Positions 38,801 to 49,976 of a DNA stretch of 64,000 bases are shown here, piece after piece (position 1 is the stretch's first letter; each line of letters begins with the position of its first letter). The notes beneath the pieces are model-generated. The model was not told the origin of the DNA. It saw nothing but the letters and a program-made list of their open reading frames with translations, and did not search any database. A program made the translations under genes and the position numbers. The stretch lies in the NCBI GenBank assembly GCA_964106915.2, contig OZ066914.1; one strand, 5' to 3'. Source of the DNA: Podarcis gaigeae (taxonomy: Eukaryota).

Positions 38801-41800
38801 TAAACTTTGAGTTGATGTAATTTCCTTGTCTCATTGTTAGTTGGGAATGGCTTTTGAGCTTATTCTTCTCTCCCCTGCTCTCCACGCACCACAGAGCATT
38901 CAATGTGCCCCTCTCTCAGGACATTGCCATACATAGAAAGGGCACAGGTTATAGAATCCTAGCCAGCAGAGTTTGAAAATCAGAGAATATAGGAAAATAG
39001 CACACTGCATATCTCTTGGGGCGTAGGGTGAAAGTGAGATATAGCAGTACGATCAGCAAAAATTTGAGAATAAAAATGTATAGCTTAAGAAGAGGCATTT
39101 TAGACTATGCATTGAGTTGCTTTAACCACACTGCAGGGGAGAATTGGAACAAAGATGGCGGGAATTTTATCTTGCTGGCTGTCAGACTCACCCTTGAAGC
39201 AGATAAAATGGAGTTCTCAAGTGAGGACAAATACTAGCTGGATAAGGGAAAGGCAGAAAAAGGTGAAAAAGAAGAACCCTTCTGTGAGCAAAGACAAGCA
39301 ATGCTCGACTTTCTTAGGAAGATGGATGGTAGTTTGAAATTTTTATAAAGGTTGTTTTTTAAAGTCTTCCTTTCGTTTTCCAACAGTTGTAGCCCCAGCA
39401 TTGCTGGTTCCCTTCTTCCAGTGGTCTGTATTCTACTTCTCATTCAAGCGCAAAGAATGGGTGGTAAGTAGTGATTGAATTTCCAAAAAATAAATAAATC
39501 TAGATGAGCATCTTATCTGTGTTGATTTTCCCCCCTAATTCCCACCAAGAAGCAGATTTCTTTTTAATCCATTCCACTAAAAATGCAAACAGTTATTGCA
39601 CATTATATACATATTGTTACATGCAGTGCTTTTTTTCCGGGGGGACGCAGGGGTACACATACCCCTAAACATTTTGTAAATCTTTGTACTTTGGTCCATT
39701 TACTGTATTTATTTTCCCAATTTGAACTATAAAATGGTGATTTTCTTGAGTCAAAATGAGAGTACCCCTAAACATTTTTTTTAGGTAAAAAAGCACTGGT
39801 TACATGCCATCCCAATCTCTGCCGAGTGGTGCATGCGAATTCAGGGGTTCCAGACACTTACCCAGGGTTTGTGTTTCCTTTTGGTGGTGCCTTTATGGTA
39901 TATGGTTGGTTTATACATATATACAACCTGAAGCCTAGATGAAGGGGCTCAGAGCGCTGCCACCCCAAAAGGTCCCTGCTTCTTCCCTAGCCGTAGCCTT
40001 GCACTCAAGCAAACAGCAGCCATCATGCTTTGCCCACTCTCCAGCATACATCCCTGCTGACTCCCATGTATTGACTGGCTTCCTCTCTGAGCTCCCATTA
40101 CTTTCTGATCCTTCCTCTTAATAAGCTCTGGCCTCTACTAACACAGGGAGAGGCTGCACTCCTTTGATGTGTTAAATGGCTCATTACCTCAAATGAAATT
40201 AGGTTTTACACTTGTCAATTGCCTAGCCTTAAAGCGATGGCAGATATACACCTTAGGAAGTTTGCCTAGGTTAATTCACTCTTCACATATACTAATTCCA
40301 GCAGCGGTCAACACAAATTTTAAATACACATGCCACTGTGTAGCAAAAAATATAACTTTTCTTTTTCCCCTTCCTTTGACAGGATCTAGCCTTGATCATT
40401 TCATACAACATCAGAGTCTGTCTCATGTACATACCTCTTATGGGATTTAATTGTTTCATGGCATACTACTGGCTCTCCAGGTAACACGAAACCTCAGAAT
40501 CCTTCTCTCTGCTGAACTCTCATCTCTTTTTTGTTGATGTTTAATCTCAAATATCTATATTTTTTAAATCCAGTTGTGATATACTCTGAACATATGTTAC
40601 TTCCAACAGTTAGGTCCTGCTAGTCATTTTAGGTTAAACGCTTTCAGGTTGTGCAAAATGGTCTTCAATTTGCATTGCATCAGCCCCCAGACTGCAACTC
40701 AAATCTTTTGCCCCATAAATATTGTTATGTCCTGCACACATCAAGATGCTAGCTCAACATGGCCTTTCGTTAACATTTTAGAGACATTTATAAACTAAGA
40801 CACCAGAAAGAGAAGTGTTTCTCACATTTTGTTTAGAAAGCATAGCCAGTGATGGAAAGGGGTGGGGGGGGGGAAAGGAGCATGTGCCCAGAGCAGCAGG
40901 TGGAGAGGCGATTGCTAAATTATGGGCGATGGGCAGCTGGCTTGCTAAATTACTGCCAATGGGGAAAATAAGCACTAGCAAACACAGCTGGCACTCTGCT
41001 TCCCTGACCATGGCAATGTGCTGTGTCCCCCTCCACCACAGTCCCTGTTTGTTCCAGGGATCAAGGTGAGGAGGGGGAAGTGAGCGGTGGCACCACGGAC
41101 CTGTCGCTTCTCTCTTGTTTTCTTCTCTCCCCCCGCCCCCATCCCAAAAAGCTTTCTGGCCCCTCTTCTCCACAGACAGCTGCTCCTTACGGTGTCAGCA
41201 AATACACTTGATCGCCGTGGCCCTGAGCAACGCAGCACAGGGAAGACCGTCAGAGATTGGCACTTCATTGCCTTCTGTGGCTTGTGTGCCTGGGGACTTG
41301 GCAGAGCTGGGGAAGGTGGGAGCATCACCTGTGGCTGGCAATGGACTTGCAAGGGGATGGTTGGTAGGATGGGGTGGAGGTAAAGAGCTAGGGGGACGGG
41401 GAGAGACAGGCGGACAGGAGAGAAAGGCAAAACCAAGTGCGCCCTAGCCTGCCTGTGTTTCTGTTTCTGGAAGTGCACGTCTGTGTTTGGTGTGGATGCA
41501 TGCAAATGCTGCCTCTTTGCAGCGCAAGTTGGTAGGTGCATTCAATCCAGCGTCAGTGCATCTCATGTTGGCTGTGGCCACTGTGTTTCGGGGGGCTGAG
41601 CTCTATACATAGGTGGTGGTGGGCACTGCCACAGTAGAGATGCACAGGAGGTTGCTTTAGTGTTTGTTTGGGGTGGATAGGGTAACCTGCCTTCTGAAAA
41701 AATGGAACGGAGAAATCCCTCCTTTTCAACTCCTGGAGACAGAAGGGGGAAAGCTCAGGCCTGCCTTTGTTCTCTCATTTGCCTTCTTCTGATACTAATT

Positions 41801-44800
41801 TCTGTGCACTGCCCTGTATACTTAGCCAAGGATCTTAGCTGCTGCCAGTCAGTTTCAGCAGTCCTGAAATCCGTCGCTTAAAGTTCACAATCAGGGAGGC
41901 AGGGCAGTCTTTTGCACTTGCAGATCCGGGACTGGGCATAGCTGCAGGCTAAGTAGCACAAATGATTGCATTGCTTCATTTGTGAAATACTTTACTTAGT
42001 TCTCAAGGGCCAAGTAAATAAATTGGAGATGGGGGATTGACAGCAAGTTGGCTTACTACCACATTCGACACTGTCACATGGATCTGCTTGTTTGTTGTTT
42101 AAAACCCACCCTTTACCCTAAAGTCCCAAGGTGGGCTACAACAATTTAAAATACATTTTAAAGCAGTTCAAAAACTTACAATTACAAATGTCAATTTCCA
42201 AAACTAGAGCAGATCCTGATGCTATATCCTTCCCTCTTACTGTATGTGAAGCAGCAACCATCAGTTGCTTTATAGATATTATTGATTTTAGGCTGTATTT
42301 CTTGTTTTAATGGATGCTCTTTACGGTTTATATGAATATTTTTAAAAAAATATTAAATAGATGAATGAAATGCTAGCTAGAGTGGTTTGGTGGTAAGTGT
42401 CAGGCATGGCTTGTATTACATGAAAGGAGAAATACCAAAAAGTTAAGTCAGGCAAGAGGCTTGGGTTTGTCACTGGCGACACACAGACCTCTTGTCACTT
42501 TCATCTTCTCAGCAGTGTAATTTGCATTATACGGGAAAGGAAAACATGGCAGCTAAAAGAGCAGCTTTGCCCACATACTGGTTTCAAAATAGTTTTTGCA
42601 GGATAAATTAGTCGGTGTGCTATTTCTTTCCTGATTAGTCAGCATCAGTTCATAGTTAGTCAGCATTAGCCAATAAAATTTCCTCTATTACTTTACATGT
42701 CAGCTGCAATGCCAAGGATATAATTTCCTATATCTTTTGTGGATCTGGTTTTTTAAAAGCCATTGTTACACTGCCTACTTTCCAGTCCTGTGTTATTTAC
42801 CTACTCTGTAAAATTTCTAAGCAGTGCACATAATAAAATAATTTTCAGTAAACCCCTCAAAGCCCTTTAAATAATTATCAATATTTAACAATATGGACAG
42901 AGATTGTATCAATAAGACAGAGACAACAGTGCTTTATACTGTTTTTTGATCAAGCTAAAATTATGATCCATTTATAGACAAGTCCAGCATTGCAATGGGT
43001 TTAACTTAGACGACCCATGTGGTCCCTTCCAACTCCACAAATCTAAGTGACACAATTGTCAGAAGATCAGCAATTTCAGCTTGAATTCTTCAAGATCTTG
43101 GGTTGATTCCTTCCAAACACAGGGATTTATTTGGTTTGTCAATAAATCCCAAGGACTTAGTCTCTTCTTGCCCCTATTTGGCTTAATTCTTTATACTCCC
43201 TTCCTTAAAAATCCAGTTCAGTCGAGTATCTGACCAGTGCTTTCTTCAGATGAAAAAAATATGGAAATAATGTGTGAAGCTTCACTACTATTCTCCTATA
43301 GCAGACCTTTTACTTTCTTGTTGTCTAATGGCACAGCTACCTACCTCCTTGGCCAGTTTCCTGATTCTGAGGGAGCTAAACAAATATTTTTGCTGGGCTT
43401 TTTTTTAAGCAGACACACTCTTTTTTCTATTTATTACACTCCCCAAATTCTCTTTTCACTTCCATCCTTGTCACTGTATGCTGGTTATCCCGCAGTTTGC
43501 ATTCCTGAGTCCTCCTCATCTGGGCAGAGCTTCATTGTTCTGAAGGAAGCTTCCTTGCCTGCCCCTGCTTCCTTGGCTCTGCTCCTTAACTGGCAGCCTC
43601 CTGAATTTCGTAGAATCATAGAGTTGGAAGAGAGACACCTAGTCCAACCCCTTGCAATGCAGGAATCTCCGTTAATTTGATGGCGTCTTTCCTAAATCTG
43701 TGTATACTTCTTGGAAGCTTCCTTTAGTTTGGTTTTAAATAATCTCCAAGGATTTTGAAACGATTTCAACAGCATTGTTATCCCTTTCATCTAACTAATC
43801 CCCTTTCCCACTTGTGTATATTGCGGTCACTGTTCCCAGTCAGTTTAACTACCCTTATATCTTACACCCAAAGCATTTAGGATTACGTCTAGCATCAACT
43901 CCCATCAGCTCCTTGATCAATTGTTTTGAGGCACAATAATTTTGTATACCTGGAAATCATGTTTCCCCGGATTCCGCAGCAAGACATCAAGGAGGGTTTG
44001 GTGCCACCGCGTGGTTAAAGGCAGAAAAGGCAATGTTTAGGGAAGTAGAACTCCCATCAAGCAATTTCCTTTCCTGCCTTTGTCGAATGCCGGTCCCAAT
44101 GTCAGTTCCCCTCTCCTCAGGCATTTACCGTAATTTCCTTTTCTACCTATTTTTCCTGTCTCTCCCCCCCCCCCCCCAGGTTATGTGAGGATTATTATGT
44201 CCTCCATGGTTACAACACTTCCTCTCTCTCTTTTCCCTAATCAAGTATTTTAGTTCAGTTGCGTTTGGCTCTAGAGTTATTTATACAGCCTGTCAAACTC
44301 AAAATGGGCAATTTTAGCTTTGCTTACCAAATATGAGTTGAAATAAACATACTAAATATGTTTAGGGCATTGAAAAAAAAAATCCAGAACATGAAGATTT
44401 CTGGTGTGGAGGCAGCCTTCCTCTCACTTACTATGGATATTTTCTTAGGACTGCTTCGCCTATTCTAGTAATAGAGCAATAGAGGTACAGATTTAGTGTA
44501 AAGTATGCCATGAAGTGGGATGCGGGTGGCGCTGTGGTCTAAACCACAGAGCCTAGGGCTTGCCGATTGGAAGGTCGGCGGTTTGAATTCCTGCAACGGG
44601 GTGAGCTCCTGTTGCTCAGTCCCAGCTCCTGCCCACCTAGCAGTTCGAAAGCATGTCAAAGTGCAAGTAGATAAATAGGTACCGCTCCGGCAGGAAGGTA
44701 AACAGCGTTTCCGTGCGCTGCTCTGGTTTGCCAGAAGCAGCTTTGTCATGCTGGCCACATGACCCAGAAAAACGCAGGCTCCCTCGGCCTATAGAGTCAG

Positions 44801-45289
44801 ATGAGCACTACAATCCCAGAGTTGTCCGCGACTGGACCTAATGGTCAGGGGTACCTTTACCTTTTTATGCCATGATGTATGCAATCGGTGTGGGGGAGGA
44901 ACCTTACAGTGAAGGGTGTACTCTTTGAAATTTAAATGTGTACCTGTTTCTATTCTAATATGTAAAGTGGTCCTCAGCAAACAGCTTGAATATGGCTGTG
45001 ATGGGTTTTACCAGACAAATCCCAGATCAACATACCAAGTTAAGTAATAAGATGTGTTTTTTGTGTGTGACAATACTCTGTATGAACCAACCCGGACCCT
45101 GCAATCATCAATTGAGTCCTTTCGTTGTGTGCCCCCTCCATGAGAGGTTTGGAGGGTGGCAACACGAGAAAGGGCATTTTCTGTTGTGGCTCGGGGATAT
45201 TGTTTTATTTGTTACTATGTTATGCATCTTTGTATTCTTATATTGTAAACCACTCTGTGGTCCTTGGATTGATGGTGCTATAGAAATTC

Positions 45290-45335
<46 letters not shown>

Positions 45336-48300
45336 GCATTTGTCTTGGCAGGTATCTAGAGTCCACTTGGTTTACTTGGGTTTCACAAATGAATCATATC
45401 CCAATGAACATTGATTATGATAGAAATATGGACTGGGTGTCTACCCAGGTAAGACACTTTCTTACTATTCAAAAAATTGGTTTCTGGTGTTTTATTGTGT
45501 GTGTGTTACGCAAAACGTTATTGGCACAATACTAGTGCATTATTAGTGGCTTTGGCTTGTTCTGCAGTGTTTCCCCAATGCTACTACATTATTTCTGTCT
45601 AGAGGGGCAACTGACCAACAAAAGTGGGACAAAATAAAGCAGAACATTTGTGGCACAAAAAGTTACTGGGACTATGGTATATGCACCAATTGGAAATGAA
45701 GCAATGTGACCACCCCAAAACATTTGGAAGCGACGCAGACGATGTTGAAAATGAGATCACATATGACCACCCCAATAACTATCATGAATGTGCAGTGGAA
45801 AGGATGTCTGAAGGGGCTCTGAGAATCATCACAGACACTTTTAGACTAGTGATGGTGCGGAAGACAAAAATATGGAGGGGTGGGTGGGTACTGGAATACA
45901 ATATAGCTCCAGATTGGCAAGTCAAGCTGAATACACCCCCACCCATGCTTCAGCTCTGCTTTTAATGCAGAGTCAGACAGGGATTCATTCATGCATTTGT
46001 TAAAACATCCTACCTTTTCTATTTACATCCTACCTTTCCATTATATATAGAAATGTCCAAGGCAGCCTAAACAAAAGTTTGAAAGCAATCAGCTTTTTTT
46101 TTTTTTTTTTAAAGCAACCTTCTCCATGTTCCCCCACCGAAGGAAGTACAGCAGACACCTGCTAGGGACATGGTGCCTTCAGTGGTGGAGCCCCCACGAA
46201 GGATTGTCCTGTGCCTACAACTGTGGTCTTTTTAGCTGCAACCTGAACACCTTCTCATTCTCCCAAACCTCTTAAATCACAATTTTGGAATTTGCACAAA
46301 GTTCCCCCTTGCGGACTTACATTTATTTGGCTGCTGTGTTTTTATACTGATTTTTGTTTGGCCTTTTTTTTTGCTGGGCTTTTTGTTTTTGTGATTTATT
46401 TTTTATCTTGTTTTAGTGTTTCTAGTGAGATGTTGTATTGTGTTGTATGTGTAAAGAATTTGGGGAACTTGGTTGAGTGGCATATAAGTAAAATGAAAAG
46501 AGCACAGAAACAGAAAGAACTGATTGCAAATGCAGAGGAGCCAGGGAAAGTTGGGTTGGCCAAAACAAGAAAGATATCCAGGTGGCATTGAAAAATCCTC
46601 AGGCTCTTGCCAGTTTTCCCTGCTGCAAGTTTTCTTCCCCAGTCCCACAAAGAGGTAGCCAACATGGTCTTCTTCAGCTGACAGTTCCCATCATCCCTGA
46701 TCATTAATCATGCTGGCTAGGACTGATGGAAGCTGGGAATCAAACAACACCAGAGATATCTTAGTGTATGTAGAAAAGTGAGGTGAGGGGATTATTGACA
46801 GGGGACTGGTGTTGCTGGGCAAACTCCTCCAGACAGAGTCTTTCAGAGCTAAGGAGTACTTTAAAATGTAAATCTCAAGCTTTTCTGAGAAGTCTTCTTT
46901 TTTAAAACAACAACTACAAAAGCTGAGCCAATTGCAAATTGGGATGGAGGATATTTTGCCCATTTTTATTTCTGTGGGAAAGGAATGCTAAGGAAACACA
47001 ATCAGTATAGGCAGCCCCCAATTTGTTTAGGAGATGTGTTCCATGCAGTGGCAGAGGGTGCGTAAGCCTTCTCCACTCTTCTCTGCCCTGTCCCATCATG
47101 TTCTGTCCCTGCTCTTGTTCCGGCCACAATGCACAGTCATGTGTCAATTAAAAAGGTAAAGGTACCCCTGACAGTTAAGTCCAGTCGCGGATGACTCTGG
47201 GGTTGCGCGCTCATCTCGCTCTGTAGGCCGAGGGAGCCGGCGTTTGTCCACAGACAGCTTCCGGGTCATGTGGCCATCATGACTAAGTTGCTTCTGGTGA
47301 ACCAGAGCAGTGCACGGAAATGCCGTTTACCTTCCCGCCAGAGCAGTACCTATTTATCTACTTGCACTTTGATGTGCTTTCGAACTGCTAGGTGGGCAGG
47401 AGCTGGGACTGAAGAAAGGGAGCTCATCCCGGCGCAGGGATTTGAACCGCCAACCTTCTGATCGGCAAGCCCTAGGCTCTGTGGTTTAGACCACAGTGCC
47501 ACCCACGTCAATTAGGCACACATAAATCAGTCGTTGCCTCCTTAGCATCTTTTGGAAAGGTGGGATACCTGCCTTTCTGACCATTTCCTTTGAGAAACTT
47601 GCTGGAATGCTACTCCTGTGGAATCCAGTTGCTGCTACTTAGAGGAACATAAAAGATAACTGTGCCTCATTCAGTTGCAGTCTCTTTGTGTGAAACAAAG
47701 AGATCCACTGTTCCATATCCTTTCTTATATTTCCCCCTGCAGCTCCAAGCAACGTGCAATGTGGATCAGTCCCCGTTCAATGACTGGTTCACTGGCCACC
47801 TGAATTTCCAGATTGAGCACCAGTAAGTAGGACAGTGGGAGCCACAAAATCCTTTGTGTACCTCCCTAGTGTGTGGTTTTATGAAATCATTGCTAGTGGG
47901 ATGGGCCTTCTAACTAAAAAGAGGAGCTGATTTGACAGAACACCCTTTCTTCCCTCTGCAGTCTTTTCCCCACGATGCCTCGCCACAACTACTGGAAGGT
48001 TGCCCCCCTGGTGAAATCTCTGTGTGCCAAGCATGGCATTGACTACCACAGCAAGTCCCTGCTCCAGGCCTTTGCAGACATTTTGCAGTAAGTATGGCAA
48101 GGGTGCTTTATGAACTGCAGTGTGGCAAGAAAAGCAATAAGGAAGTGGAAGAAAAGGGCAAAAAGTATTGGAGCCCTGGTCAGCCATTAACATTTAATAG
48201 AGCTTGTCCCTTGATGTAGTCAAGAGCCGAGGGGAGAGCAACACTGGTTCTAGTGTCTAGTGGCACTTCCAGGTGACCTGTTTAAGCATTTATTCCGATT

Positions 48301-48842
48301 CGTTTGAAGGGATGTTGCATGATGTTGCATCAGAACAGGTGCTACCCCACATTTCCCAGTGCATTTCCCAATGGCTTTTCTTATCACTGAGAAGTGTTAA
48401 GACAACACTGCTGTCTAGTGTCCAAAGGCAGGAAACTCATGAGACCAGCTGCTTCCACAAGTTGATATTCCTGCCTTTGGGCGCTAGATGGCAATGTCTC
48501 CCATCTGCCGTTTGCTCCATGGAGAACAGGATGCTGGATAAGATGGGCCATTGGCCTGATTTAGCAAACTATTCTTATGTTCTTAATCTGAATTTGCTGG
48601 TGTGTGGTTGAATCCTACACAAAAATAACAACCTGACACCCAAGGAACAGTCAAATATCTGTTCAGTCCCTTCCTCCCCACCCCATCCCACTCCCCAAAT
48701 CATGAACATCAAAAGAGGCTTTTTCAAACCCTTTCCTTATTAAGCTCCTCCAGGCGCTCCTGTTTGTCTGTGTTTTGCTTTATGCATGACATTGAACAGC
48801 TGAAGTGGGAAAAGGGGAAACTCAAGATACATCCAGTTATTA

Positions 48843-48888
<46 letters not shown>

Positions 48889-49976
48889 TATACCCCGCCC
48901 ACTCTGGGCGGCTTCCAACAAAATATTAAAAGACAATAGTCAGTCAAACATTAAAAGCTTCTCTAAACAGGGCTGCCTTCAGTTGGTCTCCTTTGGCCTC
49001 ACTAGGGATGGAGAGTGGGGAACGGTTTCGGTTTGCACTTACAGGTGAAACTTCCGATTCACACTGTCTGAAAGAGTACGAGAACTGATACATCGCCACC
49101 TAATTTGTACTTTTCCAAATTTTGCAATGTAGCTGTTCTGCCAAATACAAAATCCCATATACTGTAAAGTGTGCAATAAATGTATATGTTGGTGATAAAA
49201 AATGGGGGGAAATGCATTATAGTAAGGGAAATTGTATGCAAAGATGTGTATATTAGGCAGACTTCTGTATTAGGAAAAATGAACATGATACAAACTATAC
49301 AGGGGAACTGAAACACATAAAATTCCAGTCGTATCTAAAGCCAAACTTGTAAATTCACCTTTTTTCAGGTGATTGTTCCTAGGAAGTGTATATATTTATG
49401 CACATCAGGCATGCTAAAATTTGTATGTTAACAGTTTTCAGTACCTTCTTTTTTATTCAAAGTAAAGCTAAGGGGAATCTTGCTCTGCTGGTGCAATTAT
49501 TTAGTTGAACACAGCCTCATATAACAGAAATATATGCTATTAAGTGGTCATGTTTTAAATATCTGCCCGTGTTCAGAAAAATAAATCCAGTTTGAAATTG
49601 TTGAAATACAATGTTCAAATGATATTTCCTGTGAGAATATTTCATTTTGAACTCTTTCAAAAGCTTAATTTTACAGCATGGTAAAGTTAATGTGGCATAC
49701 TTTTGAAGTTTAATTTTCTATATGCTAGTGAAGTTCATTGATTTAGGGCAGTGGGAACTGTTTCAGATTCATCAACATCACTGGATATGGAATTGCTGCC
49801 TGTGCATTGATCAAAGAAGTACTGGTATATAGTAGTGAGATGTAGTGGGGGGGGAACCCACCTTTTACTTGCCGCATTGTCCTCTCTTCTTGTTTAATCA
49901 AAGCCCTCCCTCCCTGTTTTGCAGCTCTCTAAAGGATTCAGGAGATGCCTGGCGTGAAGCATATCTGTATGGATAA
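28513..49976 (+). CDS. FADS1: FADS1-like front-end fatty acid desaturase, 12 coding exons, 1383 nt incl. stop / 460 aa (span of whole CDS)
   Basis: Exons joined by hand with GT-AG boundaries and consistent phases (255,111,198,102,129,58,77,98,97,80,126,52 nt). Motifs HPGG, HDLGH, HFQHH and QIEHH are present. [10 protein letters not shown] and [14 protein letters not shown] are FADS1-type. May be a sauropsid FADS1-like paralogue rather than the strict orthologue. Confidence 0.93.
29925..30290 (-). mobile_element. L1-clade LINE 3' fragment
   Basis: Reverse complement resembles 12570-12950 (YAEMAKL.GRIRNQ). Confidence 0.6.
31106..31216 (+). CDS. FADS1: FADS1-like exon 2
   Basis: tttctctcccag|[37 protein letters not shown]|gtaagt. 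Confidence 0.95.
31814..32039. mobile_element. Tigger/pogo-like MITE (opposite orientation)
   Basis: TIRs, TA TSD. Confidence 0.85.
32251..32504 (-). mobile_element. Sauria SINE with internal deletions
   Basis: Head and tail recognisable; TSD tacataagctgta. Confidence 0.82.
34213..34410 (+). CDS. FADS1: FADS1-like exon 3
   Basis: ccccacag|[23 protein letters not shown]...ALFTTAQ|gtagaa. Confidence 0.95.
36187..36357. mobile_element. Penelope-like element terminal remnant in FADS intron 3
   Basis: Homologous to 15755-15894; ends accaacacggctacc. Confidence 0.7.
36420..36521 (+). CDS. FADS1: FADS1-like exon 4 (His box 1)
   Basis: cttccag|[34 protein letters not shown]|gtaggt. Confidence 0.93.
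36612..36740 (+). CDS. FADS1: FADS1-like exon 5 (His box 2)
   Basis: ctcctatag|[43 protein letters not shown]|gtatgt. Confidence 0.95.
37887..37944 (+). CDS. FADS1: FADS1-like exon 6
   Basis: ttcacag|[19 protein letters not shown]+C|gtgagt. Confidence 0.93.
39387..39463 (+). CDS. FADS1: FADS1-like exon 7
   Basis: ttccaacag|(L)[25 protein letters not shown]|gtaagt. Confidence 0.92.
39624..39798. mobile_element. hAT MITE
   Basis: CAGTGCTTTTTT TIRs; perfect TSD gttacatg. Confidence 0.85.
40383..40480 (+). CDS. FADS1: FADS1-like exon 8
   Basis: ctttgacag|[32 protein letters not shown](R)|gtaaca; 98 nt, phase fits. Confidence 0.9.
44517..44865 (+). mobile_element. Sauria SINE
   Basis: Head and tail; TSD tatgccatga. 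Confidence 0.9.
45290..45333 (+). repeat. (AAT)n microsatellite, tail of a retroposon remnant just upstream of exon 9
   Basis: Direct reading. Confidence 0.9.
45352..45448 (+). CDS. FADS1: FADS1-like exon 9
   Basis: tcttggcag|(R)[32 protein letters not shown]|gtaaga. Confidence 0.95.
47151..47508 (-). mobile_element. Sauria SINE
   Basis: Head and tail; TSD gtcaatta. Confidence 0.9.
47743..47822 (+). CDS. FADS1: FADS1-like exon 10 (His box 3, QIEHH)
   Basis: ccccctgcag|[26 protein letters not shown](H)|gtaagt. Confidence 0.95.
47962..48087 (+). CDS. FADS1: FADS1-like exon 11
   Basis: ctctgcag|[41 protein letters not shown](H)|gtaagt. Confidence 0.95.
48843..48980 (-). repeat. (ATT)n plus lacertid retroposon 3' tail (also ~15270-15360, ~26884-26998, ~58150-58255)
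   Basis: tttataccccgccc...ctctgggcggcttcca shared motif. Confidence 0.7.
49925..49976 (+). CDS. FADS1: FADS1-like exon 12 (last coding exon)
   Basis: gttttgcag|[19 protein letters not shown]. Confidence 0.92.

Noticed and set aside
38065-38923. Possible solo LTR in FADS intron 6 (also similar blocks ~6010-6470, ~33190-33760)
   Set aside because: TG start and AATAAA are present, but I could not fix the termini or a TSD with confidence.
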